In this document: in pieces, positions 26,201-41,200 of the stretch | How positions within the stretch are numbered: the stretch's first letter is position 1 | How the letters are laid out: each line of letters begins with the position of its first letter | DNA from: Bilabrum cf. latius | Lineage: Eukaryota | Direction of reading: 5' to 3' | DNA length: 64,000 nucleotides | NCBI GenBank assembly: GCA_965178125.1 | Contig: OZ237744.1 | Coordinates: 744,001 to 808,000 of the forward strand | Notes under the pieces: model-generated | The model's database searches: none | What the model saw: the letters and a program-made list of their open reading frames with translations, nothing else | What the model was told of the DNA's origin: nothing | Translations under genes and position numbers: made by a program

Positions 26201-29200
26201 AAACCCAGCTTGGCCAGTCTCGGCGTCGTCTGTTGAACCGCCCGCGGACGCACCACTCCCGCCCTGGCTTCCAGAGCTGCGGTTCACATTTTCGAGCCCA
26301 CTGGCAAGGCATACAAACTACCTGTCGACCTACACCCGCACTGGATCAAATTCCACGTCACGCATCGAGTCCGATGCCAACTGATCAGCCGATCGATCTG
26401 GTCCTTCACAGCTCGAACCAGTGGATTCTGCGACGCTGCCTCCTGGGGCAGCTTTTAGACCGAGATTGAGGCGTCGGTTCAATTTCTAATTCAGTAAGTA
26501 CCGCGTTGCCTTTGCCTTCGTGTTAAGGGTAGATACTACACCGGCCGGGCTCTGAGTCGTGCTCTAGCCGTCAAGTGCACCAGGGAGCTGCGCTTCACGT
26601 GTGCTAGAGCCACTCGGAACAAATCCTGTCGGCCACATGGCAACACTATTGCATGCAGACCCCTGCCCAATGACTTGAATTAAAGAATTGCTGCCTGATC
26701 CTCGCAACGTCGAGAGCATATCGGCAGGGGACGACTCCATACCGCGGATCGCCATTTGAAGCGCCCAGAATCCGACAGATGATGTGTGCCTCGAGTTGCC
26801 AAATCCAGCAATGGTATCAGTACCGTCCGGTGCGTCATGGAAGTCTTCATGTGGAAAGAACAGTACTTCCTTTTGGTCTCCTGGTGCTAATCGAGCGGCA
26901 AGCAGCTTGACACCGGTCGCAGCATCACTGCTTGACACGATCGACGCCGCTCCGGACTTGAGCAGGATCGAATCGTTGCCTTGTGCCCTCTGCTATCGAG
27001 CAGTAGCTGCTCTGACGGGAATGGGTTCCTCAGAAACGGATCCAGTAGGGCTTGGCGATGGAGAGAGGTAGCCAGAAACGGCACTCGTGTCGCTTGCAAT
27101 CATTCCGAGGGGTACATCCTCTGCACATACGAGCGACTATAAAGACTGCTGCGACTCTGCAAGCTTCCTTTCTGTCTCTTGTATTTCTTCCTCTGTACCA
27201 ACCTTGAGGCTGTCCAGGTTTTGCAATGCAACTGCCACTGGGCACGGCATCAGATTTTCTAAGCGTATGGAAGCGGTAAAATTGACGTACACCGTGAAAG
27301 GATCAGCACCACTACCATCGATTTCGATTGGAGCAGTGTGCACTCCATGCGCTCGATACCAAGCGGTCTCTTCTTCGATTTCGTCAGGGCCACCACGAAA
27401 CACCTTGAGACCCGCTCCCGAAATCTGCTGCTGGTGCGTGTGCGCAGCACATCCAAACGTCATGCTACGGATTCCAACTCGTCCAGAACCACGGCATCGC
27501 AATATTGACACGCTTCCAAGCCTGGCCTTCGCACGCTCACCTGCGGTAATTTGCTTGCCAGACGCGTTCTTGATGGATCTGGCGAGAGGAATGTTGAAGA
27601 AACGAGTCAGAGCAGCCTCGCAACGCGGCACAGAGGATCCATGGGAGGCCTCAGGTAGAATCCCGCCATCATTAAATGTGGAAATTGGTACAGCATCGCT
27701 TAAAGACCACGCTGTATACGCCTTGATGTCTTCAGACGCGTCTCGTCGCAACCGCGCGTCAACTGCGTTGATCGTAGCCTGCTGCTCGCTCTGAGTACCC
27801 TCCGATTCATCACCAGCGTCTGAAGTACCGTCAGCTTCGTGATTGTAACCACCACTGGATTCCCGTGGTGTACCTTCGCCATATGTAGGCCTAGGCCGAA
27901 GCGCAAGCACGAACGGAGCGACACGTACAGAACCACCAACTGACGCAGCGAGTGGTGCAAACACAGTGCGACCGGGAGCCACAACTCTTCGAAGCACGCG
28001 GTTGCGGGCATGATCCCCGGCATGAGCCTAACCCTATTCCATTGCCTCTTCTGCGTCCAAGCTGGCGTCGAGTCGGGATGCTTCCGAACCCAGCTGGGAT
28101 GCCGCGTGCTGCATAGCAGTCGGGTCCACGGCAGGCCACTCGAACTAAACGATCAATGGGATGGACATGCTGTTCCTTACACCTGCCGTAGATCGAATCC
28201 GAAGTGTTTTGACTCCAAGTTTCGTGTCATACCGGACCTCAGCAACTACACCTGCTCCTCGCAGGTTCTTCGAGGACACTCCAGATACTAGACTTGCATC
28301 GAATGCAGCGCCTGACACGCTTCGGCTAACTCGATGGTATGCCGCCAATACCGTAGATCTAGTTGCATATGGATTCTGTCCTCGCAGGTAGTACACGCCG
28401 GTTACATCGACTGGAAGCCGGAACGTGGGCAAGTCCTCGTGGCTATCTGCCTCATCGTCTCCACTCGACCTCGATACACGAGGGATCCGAGCATACACGA
28501 ACTGGCGCCGCCTGCCACTAGCACTCACTGCGCCGCTGTATGAATACGTTCGAGAGCCAATCGAGGCGTGGCTTGCCTGCCTTCGCCTCGTGGTAGCTTG
28601 CCGTGACCATTTCCATGTTAATCTCTTCGGGTCGGAGGTCTGACGGTGGCTCTTGGTGATGGTAGATTCTTCTGAAGATGGAATCGCCGTCCTGAACGCA
28701 TTGTGAGCTCCAAGCTGAACGCTAGGTAGATCATTACCAATCCGAGAGAGCCGGAAGGGCGGGGTCGCTTGCGACAGAAGCACAGACTGGGGATACTCCC
28801 CCGAGCCCAGAGGGCCAGCGGCTGCGCCGCTGGGCTAGTTCCCAAGGCTCCCAGCAGCAGCCTTGCCTCCATCGGTCATCCTGACCCCCTCACGGCCAAT
28901 ACCACCCCCTAGCAGTGAACGCTGGCTCATGCGGGATTGGCGCACAGTTTCTTGCGATCGGAAATGCGCTGCTGCCATCCTAGCTCGGAGCCTCCTGAGA
29001 TAGCCGCTCAGCAGGTCAGGGTCGCTGGAGCAGTCCAGGATCCCGCTTACCTGGTGAGCCCCAGCAGACTATGCAACAATGGCTCGGCCTTCAGCTAGCT
29101 CACCACCGAGCTCTGTTGATCCCCAGATGCCGAGTTCCGGCCACGGGGAAGGTGGATGCCAGGCGGACTGGGTTGCACCCCCACGCATCCAGTGGGGTAT

Positions 29201-32200
29201 ATCTCTGCGCATGGAAGCTGCAGTTCCACCAGCGAACGGGTGCAAAAGCGCAGCGGCAACAGTCTAGACCACTGGAGAATTCATCATCTCAGAGTTTCCA
29301 TTGCTGCATGCCAGCCATACCTACGACAAGCACGCGTCTGCCGCATAGCATGACGGCGGAATGGCTGGCAGTCTCGGTGAGAATGCAAATGGCCTTGACC
29401 GCGCAGAAGCATCCGCTGCTATACGAAGGGCCGTTCTCCAGGGAAGCAGAGGCCCATCTTGGGTGAAAACGGCCCCGCCCTCAGGCAGCGGTGGGGGCAC
29501 CTGCGGCAACGCGACTGGGTGGTCAGCTGAGAGGATTGGTATCAGCTCACCCAGCACCCCCCGCCAAGCCAAGAATTCCTCTAGATTTGCGAAGGCCAAG
29601 CTGCACGTGGGAAACTGCAGAATCTTGTACGTCATAGGAACAGTGCCCTCGTCTTCCTCTTCGTCGCTTGAAGCGTCGGGAGTCGACTGAAGGCTTGGCT
29701 TGTCCGTTCCTGGCATTTCGATTCGCACCGGAACAAGCTGTCGCAGTTCCAGATAGTACGGCGTGGGTGGTCGAATGCATGGTGTGCACGGTGTCGTACT
29801 GGCAACAAGCCATGTTGTCTGAGATCCCGATGGCTGCGCTGCGAGCTCGGCAGCCTGCTATGCAGCGTGCGCGATTGACTCTAGTGCCTCGCCCGAGCTC
29901 ATCCCTGACTCGCTGCCTCGCAGCATTCCATTGAGATGAGATGTACTCGCTTGGGCAGAGCCCATTCCTCGTACTTGCAACAGCTGGTTTGCTCTTGAGT
30001 GCAAATCCTCGCCGAACTCGCGTGCAGCTACGGCCAGAGCTGCAGCCACCCGGCCATCGTTTGCATCGCCTGCAAGCTCGATCTCCCGCGACTCGGTCAA
30101 CAAGGCCCATGGAGGCACGCTCCCCTTGAGAAACCGGCGCTCGTCCTCGCTAACATGCCGAGGTGTCGGTCTTGAACGAAACAGACACAAGCGGTCTCCG
30201 AAAACCGCTGCGTATCTATGCCTCCAGTCATCGTGCGTTGCACTCCACTTCCACAGCTGACCTGCCACACGAACTCCATCCCAAGCAGCCTGAGGTCCGG
30301 AATAGTGCTAGTTGGATCGACTTGACCCCAGGAAATCTGACAAACTGCCTTGCGATGGCTAGGTAGCCTACGAACTGCTCCCCTGGCCGAGCATGCTGGG
30401 CTCGCGGATTGTCGTTGGAGGCGGCAGGCCCTCTTCGTCTGATCCACTACCAGAGAAAGAGTTACTGCGGCTATCCCCCGAGCCACCGGGAGCGACCGAA
30501 GCACGACTGGCCACTGGGGTCGGCATCCCGACTGACTGCTGCAGCGCAGGATCAGGCTGATCCTGCAGCCCGTCGCGAATCTTGGAGAGTTGAGCAGGTC
30601 CCACTACACTTGGCAGACGCTAGAACTGGTTCCAATCCGCACCGGAAGTACCATCTGTAGCAACACCCATCCGCTGATGCAGTGTAGAATGCACGCGACC
30701 CAGAAACGCACTAGAGCTTTCAACCACCGGCCTTGTCAACGAATCAGCCAGCGATGCCTCCAGCATTGCGTCGCTCGCAGCCGTGTCCAACCGCCCTCTT
30801 GCTTGGTTGCCTGCCCTCGCAAAAGCCGACTGGCCGGATTCAGCAAGGTTCAGGGAAGCAGGGCTTTGCAGAAGCACCTAGCGAGGAGCGGGAAGCTGAA
30901 ATCGGCCCATTGTATTGCCACTAGTGATCAGCTTGGCGGCTTCAACCGCTGCAGGAAGGGGGTGCGGCCTACATACAGGTCCAGAAGCCACAAGAGGGAA
31001 GCTCTATGGCTGCTAGTCCAAAGCATTGGTGCTGCTGCTTGAAGCGCTAGTTGATGCGTCTTGCGTAGTGCTTTGAGTGGGAGGTCTGTAACCCCCTGAT
31101 CGCCCCCGCGAGCCGGCACCCCTTTGATGTGTCTCTGTCTTGTCGAGCCTAGGTATGTGCACTAAAACGCCCATCTCTGTCTTGTTCGCGAGAACTACGG
31201 TACCTCGAACGCTTCCACCTGCTTTGCTCTGGGCAATCGCCAAATCTCTCGCGGATCGTTGACCTCCATCGTCCTGGTTGTCAGCATCAGTCCCAGCTTC
31301 TCTGGCATCGGGAGCCTCGCTATTGCTAGACGGAGCGGCTAGGGTTGGACTGCTAGCATTGGCCCATTGCTGGAACCTATCATCGTCCTCATTTCCTGCT
31401 GCGGACTAGCCGAACCTTGCGGATGACAGGCGCTACACAAGGTCAAGCTCAGCTTGCTTCTGCTGCGCTCGCTAGGCCTCGGCTCGATCCGTCGCTTGCT
31501 AGCTTGCAAAGTACGACATAGCTCGCAAGGCTGTATTTACAAGAGCAGCTGATACGTTGATTCGAAGCGGCCCATCGGCCTGTGCACGGACGTGCATGCT
31601 CGATGGAAGCGACTCAATATCGATAAGCTCAGTCCTATTCTTGCGTGAGCCTCCACGCAAAGCCGAGAGCAGGCCCTCGCGGTCTAAGACCTTCGCGAGT
31701 TGCATCACCGCAGCTGCTTCGGCCCTGTGCTGTTCCCGTGCCCCATCTCCCATAAGTGCAGAAGCTGCACCCTCCGACGTCGCCAGGTTGTGATCTGCAA
31801 TGCCAGCAGCTCGGCGCGCAAGTGTGCGCATCCCCTCCTCGCCCATGCTTGCATCAACCAAAGCTTGAACATCCCTGCCTTGATGCATTGCAGATCGAAT
31901 TTCTTGCTCCAAGATCGCCTTTGTTCGGCGGCGGATAACGTCATGATGGTCCTCTTCGCTGTGTCCTTTTTTGCTCTCGCCGCGACCCACCACTTGCCGT
32001 GCCGCTAGCAATCCGCCCTCTCTACCGGACGGCTAGTACCCGGAATCAAAAGCTGCTTGTGCAACTGCTACACGGCCTGCACGCTCTTCTGTCGCGTACG
32101 GGTCCCGAGCACCGGATCGGATCATGCCACCACCTGATGCTCTGTGAAGATCGACATCAAGCTTTCCCTCGTTGCGACGATTAAACATGCGGCGCCCGCG

Positions 32201-35200
32201 ACGTGATGGCGACTACATTCGCAGAGTGCTTTCTGCTTGCAGGAGTGCTTCAAGGGACCGCACGCCTGCAACAAGTCGATTCGCAAACTGCTGCTCCACC
32301 CGCTTGCTGTCGTGATGCAGGCTGATGTCGCCAGCCAGAGACGTCCTCACGTCCTGCTGTACATACCTCGCAGTTTCCGCCTGAATTGCGTCCTCCAGCG
32401 CAAAGAGCGCCCAGCCGAGCGCGACAGGCAGAGAGTGCAGCTCGTCGTCTGCATCGCCAGTACCGCTTGCTAGACCGACCACACGATCCACAAGCTCGTC
32501 AGCTGTGAGCAAACTTGGGTTTCTGACATCATGAAAGCCTGTACGGCGGCTTCGAAGCAACAGATGTATCGTTAGAGGGTGTCGCAGCATTGCTTGCTTT
32601 GCGAGTTCCATCGAACGTCGGCCAATTGTGGCATTTGGCGCAAGCGGTTTTGGGCTGATTGAGTACGCCCGCAGACGCCAAGCCTCAATGAGTGGCTCCC
32701 AGATAGCCATCTGTTCATTGTAGTACTCAGCCTCCAGCTCGAGCGAGGCCCTCGCAAGCATACGTCCAGCGTAGTGAAACTGCAGCACATCAGCGCTGAG
32801 GTCGCGGAGAGCGAGCGCAATCAATGGCTGGTCTAGACCCATGATATCATTCACAATAGTAGCACTAAACCGCTCTAGCTTCACCGTCGCACTCATTGAA
32901 AGGCTCATGGGATCGTTCAGTACCTTGCCAATCCTGCCTTTCCTAGCAACCATAACTCTAGACCCGTCAACTGGGTCGATCTATTCGTGCCACTCGGAGA
33001 GAGAGTCTCCCTCGGCTGACCCAGCCAGGTCGTCGCCGCCTCCAGTTGACATGCTGGCACTGAAGCCATAGTAACCTGTGTCGCATAGACTCTATCCCCA
33101 CGCGCTCACGACGGGCAGAGTTCCCCCGTTTGGATGATCCTGTGCAACCGCATGCAGATGCTCATCATCAGTGCCACCCAACGACTCTACAGTTATGGCA
33201 TACTGACCGTTCGGCGCGGCAGAATTGTCTCCATTGGCAGCATTGGCACCTGCAGTTTGCGAAGACTTTCTGGTGGATAGCAGATCTCGAGTCGCCTGCG
33301 CCGCCCCTACATACTGAGCGACTGCCTCATCGTCACCATTATCCTCCAGGAGCCTGCCACTTAGCTCGTGTGCCAATGCAAAGGGCATGGCGGCGGCATC
33401 TAAACGTTCTGCCCGGACTAGCTCGGGTTCATGCGAGCCGATTCCGCCCCACTTGGTACCGAAATCCATCACTCGGCATTCGTGCGCAAGTTGGCTTGTT
33501 GCCCGTCGGCAGTACGACGCGTACGACAGCAGCGCCGAGAGCGCCATGCTGTGCTTTCCAGACCGACGGCCTCTCAGTCTCTGAAGTGGTAGCCGGAAGT
33601 CAGGATGGACAAGCTTAATCTCGGACTCCAAAGCCTCGAGGCCGTGCTTGTAGTCTGCAACGGCTCTTCCAACCTCTCTGAAGGTGTACGGGATCTGGAC
33701 AAAGTCCTTGTCCACGAATTCGGTCATGCTAGCAAGCACCAGAAGCGTTGCTGCAAATCTCCCACGAACATCCTCCCGCCTTACACTTCGATCCAAGGGG
33801 TTTCGATGCATGAGCTCCAGAATAGCTCCTTGAGGATCGCGCAGGCCTGTGAGATGGCTGGCATCCACGTAGACGTCGTCCTGCGAGTCAGACGGCGCTG
33901 CCTCCGTTGTGTACAGCGCAGGCGGCGCCTCCAAGATGTCCAAGGCCTTTACAATCATCATAGTGTCTCCGTAGCCCAATCGAATACGAAGCGGCGAGGT
34001 GAATGTTGCACGAATCTCAAACAAGTCCGGCTAAGCGATGGCATGGGAACATCCAGAGGCAGAATGACACTTTTCACTGCGCATAAGCATGAAGAATGAC
34101 AAAGAAGTTGGCCGTATGTAATCGGACGCTCCGGAGTAGGCGCCCGTCTTTCTAGGCAGGCTACCCCCCTCTTGACGTGTTTCTCCATGTCGCCGGCCTC
34201 TTCCGCTCTCCAGGCGAGCATCACCATCGTCAATTTGCTGCCTACTTGCAGAATCAAGGGCAGCTGCCATGGCCGCCTTGAAGTCTGCCACATCAGTTGG
34301 ATGCATCGGTAGATCGAGGTGAGCAGGTCTGTGCTCAACAGCGTTCCATCCAACGATGTATTCATCGCATTGGTTCATGTCCCTAAGCTCACTTGAAATA
34401 GATCTAGAGTCTTGCTGTGCAGCAGAAGCTGCTGCATGCCGTCGGGACGATGGCGACTAGCCTTTCCCCAAATCTTCGCCGACATCACCACTAGGTTGTA
34501 CTGCGTGGTCCACAAGCGGTGGTATCTGGCTGACACCGTGAACGTGGCCCCGTCTGCGCGCAGCTCGCATGATGGCCGAGTAAGCCTCCGATTGGACCAT
34601 AAACAGCGGCCTGAACTGCTCCTGGCCGACCCGCAGTGCCTTCATACGATCAATGTCTGCAACGATGCCCATGTCACCGGAGGCCGCCATATCCAGATAC
34701 GCGTCTAGCTTGGGAATCGACAAAGCCAGTGCATCGGATGCTGCGTCCTTCAAGTCAGCCACAAGGAAAAACTGCGGCTTGACTAGCGAAGCTGCAAGTC
34801 TCATTGGGCCAGTTGATTTCACACTTGGGTCGGCAAACAGCTTCGAGCGCAGGGCACCTTGTGGTGAGACGATTCGTGGCCGTACATTGCGCCAAGAAGG
34901 TACTATGTCGGTCAAGAAGGAAAGTGGAATTTCCTGCGCCTGTTGCGCCTTCTGGCGCTCCCCAGGCACGACAGCGCTGCCTGACTTGCGGGCCACGCGA
35001 ATCGCATGCTCCGCAACAGCGAGCGACTTAGAAGCCCGCGACATGGCGGCGTGGCGAGACTTGAGCAGTTCGCGACACCTACGTTCGATCGGCGTGGTGG
35101 TTGCTTCCAAGGTAAACCCATTATAGAACCTCGAGTGCGGGGCCGTCCAATCGATGATGTCAAGGATAAGACTAGACACGATGACCCGAAGACCATCAAG

Positions 35201-38200
35201 GCGCACGTCAATGCCCATCGTGGACTCCGGGGCCGGGTACCACCGCTGTGCAGGCACATCTGGCTCAGCAACCGGCAAAAGATGCGCCGTAGAATCGACG
35301 GAACCTTCCACTGGCATGCTACTCTTGTTAGGCAAGCCACTTGGCTCCTGGGCGTTTCCGCCGCTCTGACCATGGTACTGGGCGCGACGGTGCTTGAGAG
35401 TTCGCTCAACAACTCTGCGGTGGAGCCTCTCTGCAGATCCTCCGGCTGCTGTCCCCATCCTAAAATGCGTACTTATCATGTGCAGACCGAAGTCGAGGGC
35501 CGGAGCATGACGATCCTCGACCGCTGATACCTTGGCCAGCTCCTCCAATGTAATCGTTCGCTTCTCCCGCTGCGGCGCATTGAGGGGGTCGTTGTTGAAC
35601 GTCTCGGCACCATCACCAAAAGATTCATCGCGAACCCACTCTCTTGCTCGCTCCAAGTTGTCGTGCTCAATCTTCCCTGCCTAGATGTCGCGTGGGTGAC
35701 TAGTCCCTCGAGTATAGTCGGCATAGTTGGTTTTGAGAGACTCCGCTAGCTCATGGTCGTAGCGAAGCACGGCAGCCAACCAAGAAACATGCGCCCGTTT
35801 TGCGAATCGGGGCACTGCTAGAACTTCGCCGTCAAGCACTGGAGCATACTGAGAGGGCCATAGCCAGAAGCCAGGTTGTGAGTGCAACTTCCTAGCCCGA
35901 CTTTGGACATCGGATATGTCCTCAACATGGGAGTTCCGCCCAGACTCCTCGCTATTGCTTCTGCTTGAGCTGCCCGACCTCTAACTTGCTGGACGAGATC
36001 GCCTGATGAACTCTCTAAGGTCTGCTGGAGTTGGTACCCAGCTGCCACCGGGTGCTGTCGGGCCGGCATACAGCGTGCGCCGAAGCCGTGTGTCTACACC
36101 ACTCAGGTGAAGGGGCCTCGTATCATCAACAATCAGGGCATTGGCTCCCACGTGCAACCCAAATGCTCCCCATTTTGTCATTGCGATGCCCACACCGACC
36201 CTCTTAAGAGACAGCTAGAACGTCTCATCAGCCTGCAAACCTGCCGTAGTATATGTCGTTACCTTGAAAGTAGTGCAACCGGATGAGTAGGCCGCCCTAG
36301 ATGCAGCACCTCTCCTGTGCAGCGTATCCCATACCTCGGTCCTCTGTTGCATTTTAACTTTTGAAGCAAACCCCATTCGCTCTAGCCACACTATCATAGA
36401 GCGCCAGGCCTAGGACGAGGAATGCAGAGCAAACGTATTATGGGAAGAGCTAGTAGAGCCAGCCGCTGTTGGCAAAGTAGCATCAGCCCCTGCATCGTCA
36501 TCGCGCGCCTCAAGGGATCGGATTCTCAATCGGTTGGACCTGGCCGGCGGCGGTGGTACTACACGTCTTCGGGGGGAGCACTCGGCAGCCGCATCGCTGC
36601 CCAGGGATGACGTTGGGGTGGAGACAGGGGTTTCAAGGGTAGCAAGATTACGCAGCGAGTCTTGCTAGTGACCACTCTGTGGACGCAGCTGCTTCCGCTC
36701 TGCTTCATCCTGCCGCTGATACCCCACCTTGCCGGCTTCATAGTCATCTCGGGCTGAGCGCATTCTCTTGTGGATTCGTGTCTTGAGTGAATCCCACGCA
36801 TGCTTTGCATTCTCCCACTGTGCTACCTGTTGAGAGGTGAGAGCCTTATGCATGGTAGCGTCAAGAGGTGCAAGGCGCATACCTCTACCGTACTGCAACT
36901 AGAATACCTCATCGAACTCTGCAAAGGACAGGCCCACGTCACCTTTCATTGCTCGCACGTCAATGCTTTCAAAACCGACGCTAAGATCGAACCACGTCGC
37001 TCCATGGGCCGACCAAGTTAGTCCCTCAGGTGATGTGGTACGTGGCGGGGGCGGCACAGCATGAGACAAGGGGGGCGTTGACATATCTTCCATCGCCTCA
37101 TGTTCTTGAACCCTTTGCAATCTATTTTGCACACGTTCGTTCCTTCTCTGAAAGCGAGACTTTTTTGGCTTGGCCGTACCGGAACGCCTCAGCATCGCAA
37201 GACGACGGAGCAAGCGCCCTCGTCTTCCTCCGCCGGACAGGAGGTACACAGTGTCTCGAGACAAAGCCTTGTCCGCCTCTTCCCAGATGTTAATGCATCC
37301 AATCATCATTGACCATACATAAGTAAGCTAAGAAAGTGCTAGGCACAGCGGCGTGCCTCGAACTGTGACTTGCATCGGGCTGGATGTGATCCGACGGAAC
37401 GAAGGCGGCGAAGACTTCTGGGCGAGTTCGGACATGCCTTCCTCTGCCCTCTCGTTGGTATTGCCACCAAATCCTGTAGAGAAGCTTGGTGGAACATCAC
37501 CCCTGATCTCTTCAGCTTCTTGCGACGGTTGCGGTGGGTGGGACCGCCTCTCTATGCCTAGGTCTACGGCAACGCACCACCGGTCTGCGTAGAGGAACGA
37601 CTCACACATCATGGGCTCTTCGCCTCCTTTGTACACACCGTCGATAGAGGCCTCGCTAGTTCCCATTTCAGCTGCGAGTCGGCCATCAAGACCCGTGCAC
37701 ATCGCCAGGTGAGCGTCTCGAATAGACTTCAAGAATGGGTTGGATTCCCCGGAGACATAGCCCGGCATTTGTGGCAACCAATCACTGGTTGCCCTGGTTG
37801 CACGGAAGCCGCGACGAGTCACTGGCCTCAAGAACTGCACACCGCGCAATCCGTCTAGCGAGGCGTAGATTCGCGTCAGAGCAAACGCAGCGGCTTCTCC
37901 ATCTACTGCGGCAAGAGTTGTGTCGGCAATGTCTCGAACTTGGTCAAGTCCATGAATTGCAAAGCCAGTTCCGCTCGACTGGTCTCCTAGCATCCGTTCG
38001 AAACTCATGAACTCAGCCTCATCTATCGGCTTCTCTTCTCGCGGCAGCGGCGGTACTGCCTCGATCTCGAGAGCTTTCAAGAAAGCTGCCGATCGGTCTG
38101 ACTGCCCATGAGATGAACCCAGACTGTGAGGGTGTCTTGGCATGGAATCTGCTGTGCCCCCAAGAAGGTCCAGCTCGTCGAGATCATCGCTTACAGCAGA

Positions 38201-41200
38201 CACAGACTGCTTTCTAGACTTGCTTGCCACCCCGTTGCGCCTGCTGTGGCGACCCGCTGACGTGTGCGCAGGCATAGACTGGGGTGTTGCACCAGAACGG
38301 TCGCCATCTGCATCCACAGTCTATCCGAGCGGTATGCCTTGCGGAAGACTATCATCCGAAGAATCCAGAGCTGTAAAGTGTCCGGGCATGCATGAAATTG
38401 CCGCAAGAGTGGGCCGCCTCGTCACTCGGACCCTGGAGAACAGTGTAGAAACGTCGCTTTCAGAGGAAGACGAGTTTGCAACCGCGGCGGTATTGTGGTG
38501 CTGCCAAGCAAGCATGCGCTCTTGCACTGGCTTCAAGAGAAACGGCCGCGGCACCACGCCAGAGAGAGGATCGCAAGTTGAGGCCGAGATCATGTCGATC
38601 CCCAGCACGAGCCGTTCACCGGTTGCCGTATGCAGCGGCATTACGATTTGAGGGGCGACCAAGGTGGCTTTCATTGGAAATAGCTGAGGCCATGGTGTAA
38701 ATGGAGGTACGTTCGCCCCGCCACCTTCCACTCGTTCCCAAAGTGCGTAGGGCTTTCGCACGGCGTTCTCTGCCATGAACGACTCGCCAGCGTCCCGCTT
38801 GTGCCTCACTCTAGCCTTGATGTGGGCAAGCCGCTCCTTCAGCGCCTCGCCCATATCGTGCTGCAGCACAGCCCGACATTCAGAAGGAGAGGGGATATAT
38901 GAGATGTAGTCCAACATATCAAAGAGCTGTCTCATCAAGAAGACGTATCTCAATCTGCGGAAAACGGCACGAACTTCCATCCCGCCTGCTTGTCCAATCT
39001 CGGAAGTGAGAGCAAAGTCAACGGCAAGCATAGAAGCATCCCTTTGCTCAGCCAGCAGAGCAGCGCTGTATCCGCCAATCAGCCGGGAAAAGCCCACCGG
39101 CTTGCACTATGAAGAACCCGGTTCCTCGGATGTCACAGCGACTGCAGAATAGTTATAACCGGTGGCATTGCAGGACTGAACGCCCGTCTACATCACATTG
39201 TATGCAACGGTGGGCACCATCGTGGCAAGTGATTCGTTTCGATGCTGAGGAGACACATCTGCCCAGGCCCATTCTCTCCACGACTGCCTAGCGGCTGCCG
39301 TAGGATATACTAAAGTGTGGGCGAGGCCACTGGAGCCAGGTCCGCACAGCAGGCTGCTCCCGTACTACTCAATGATATACCGAACACGGCTGGCCGCAGA
39401 ATCGTGGGAGACAGCAGAGCCTTCAATTTCTCCGTCGTCCTGTTTGCTTTTGATCGACACGAGGTCGCAGAATTGGGCAAAATCCTCGTCAACACAGTAC
39501 AGAGGCACCGATGCAAAAGCCAGTTGTCGTGCCTGAGCAGTGGTCATGCCAGGGTCATACGCGTTGTTTCGATTGCCTGGAAGCTGGGCGAAAGGCTCAC
39601 CCTCTTCTGGAGCGGAGGATCCATCCCCAGTCCACTGCATGTCTGGCACCTCGCCGATGACTTCCACGTAGCGGGTCTCGCCCTCTGCACCAGGCAGCTC
39701 GTCTCTGAGCCTGCTCCTCGCATCAATCTGCGCGGCAATCCTGGCTGCGCCAGCATCTGCTGCGGAGGCACCGAGACCAGCGTGCGGCCGCCGGCGACGC
39801 GATGTCGGAGTAGCACGGGCGAAACCTGGACTCACCCCGGGAGCCTCCGATTCACTCGCAGCCCTGGTACCGTCGCCAGCAGGGCGCAGAGGGCGGAGCT
39901 TCTTAAGCTCTCGGCCCGCCCCGCGCCTTGCTGCTAGGTCATGCATTGTCAGCCGGCCAATGCTTGCACTGAGGGGCATGAATCCGAACGATGGACTTGC
40001 CTGGATCGCGGCAACTATCGATTGCAGGTACAGCGAAAAGAACGGGCCGCGATAGACATGGGTCCAAAGCGACGCACTGCCGTACCCGAAGTCCAGAAGC
40101 TCCGCAGTTGTCGCAGCGACGGACCCGTGTACCGCTGCTTCTTCAGCCAGGGCAACTCGAACGAGATCTCTGGAACGTAGGGCACGCAAGCAGGTCAAGT
40201 CAGCGGCTGCAGAGTGCGACCCGGATCGGGCGGCCCCTCGCAGCTCTTCAACTAAGCCCGATAGGCTATCGCTCCATGCAGCACCCAGTGATCTTGAGCG
40301 ATGCACAGCCCTAGTATATGGCGGTCGATGTCTTCCCCTGCCATCGACAGCTGCGTCAAGGTCGAGCTGGAAGCGCCCCTGACCGATCTCCTCGGGAACT
40401 TGCAAGGCTTCTCGTGGGAGCAAGGAAGGAGCGTACTGCTTTGTAGATTGGAGAAGCATCCTTGCCCGGTCGTCTTCAAACTCGTCATCCCGGCGATCAT
40501 CGTCAGCATCTACATCGCCGAACATGGAGTTGCGTTCGCCCACTACCGATTCCGCCGGCATCGATTCCGATGTCTAGGTACTGGAGCCAACCGATGCGGA
40601 AAACCTACTAGACGAGAATGTCCCGAACTGTTTGCTTGTCCTTTTCGCAGAACCAGCTAATTCGTCGTCAGACGACGACGGCGATAACGAAGCGGCATCT
40701 GGAGTGGACTGTGCTGCCTGGGCAGTTCGACCCCAAGGCTTAGCAGGGGTCGCGTCTACTCCGCCACCTTGTTTGCCTGTCGACTAGGCCGGTTTTACTT
40801 CACTCAATCTTGGATCCAAAGAATCTTGTGGCATGGCCTGTCGCTGCGGCAGCACGCGGCCTTCTGGCTACAAAATGAGCCCAGCACCGCTAGCCAAATC
40901 GACCTGCAGCATGCCCACGTCGCTGGCACTTGGCAGCCTGTCTTCCGCAACGACTGCAGCAAGCATGGCTGCGCGAGCCATCAGCAGCTTTGTATCTCTT
41001 CCCAGAATCTGCGGCTCTTCGTTGCATACGGCTGCGATGACGCCAATGCGCATCGTGATCTGCATGCCTGGCCGCCCAGCCCGCTTCAAAGACTGAGACA
41101 CATTCGGGTAGTACGCCGGGGCAGATTTGCACGGTTCTCTGTAGCGCGCTTTTGGTTGTTCACTACCTGCGGTGGATTCTTCGACACTATTTGCGGCGTT

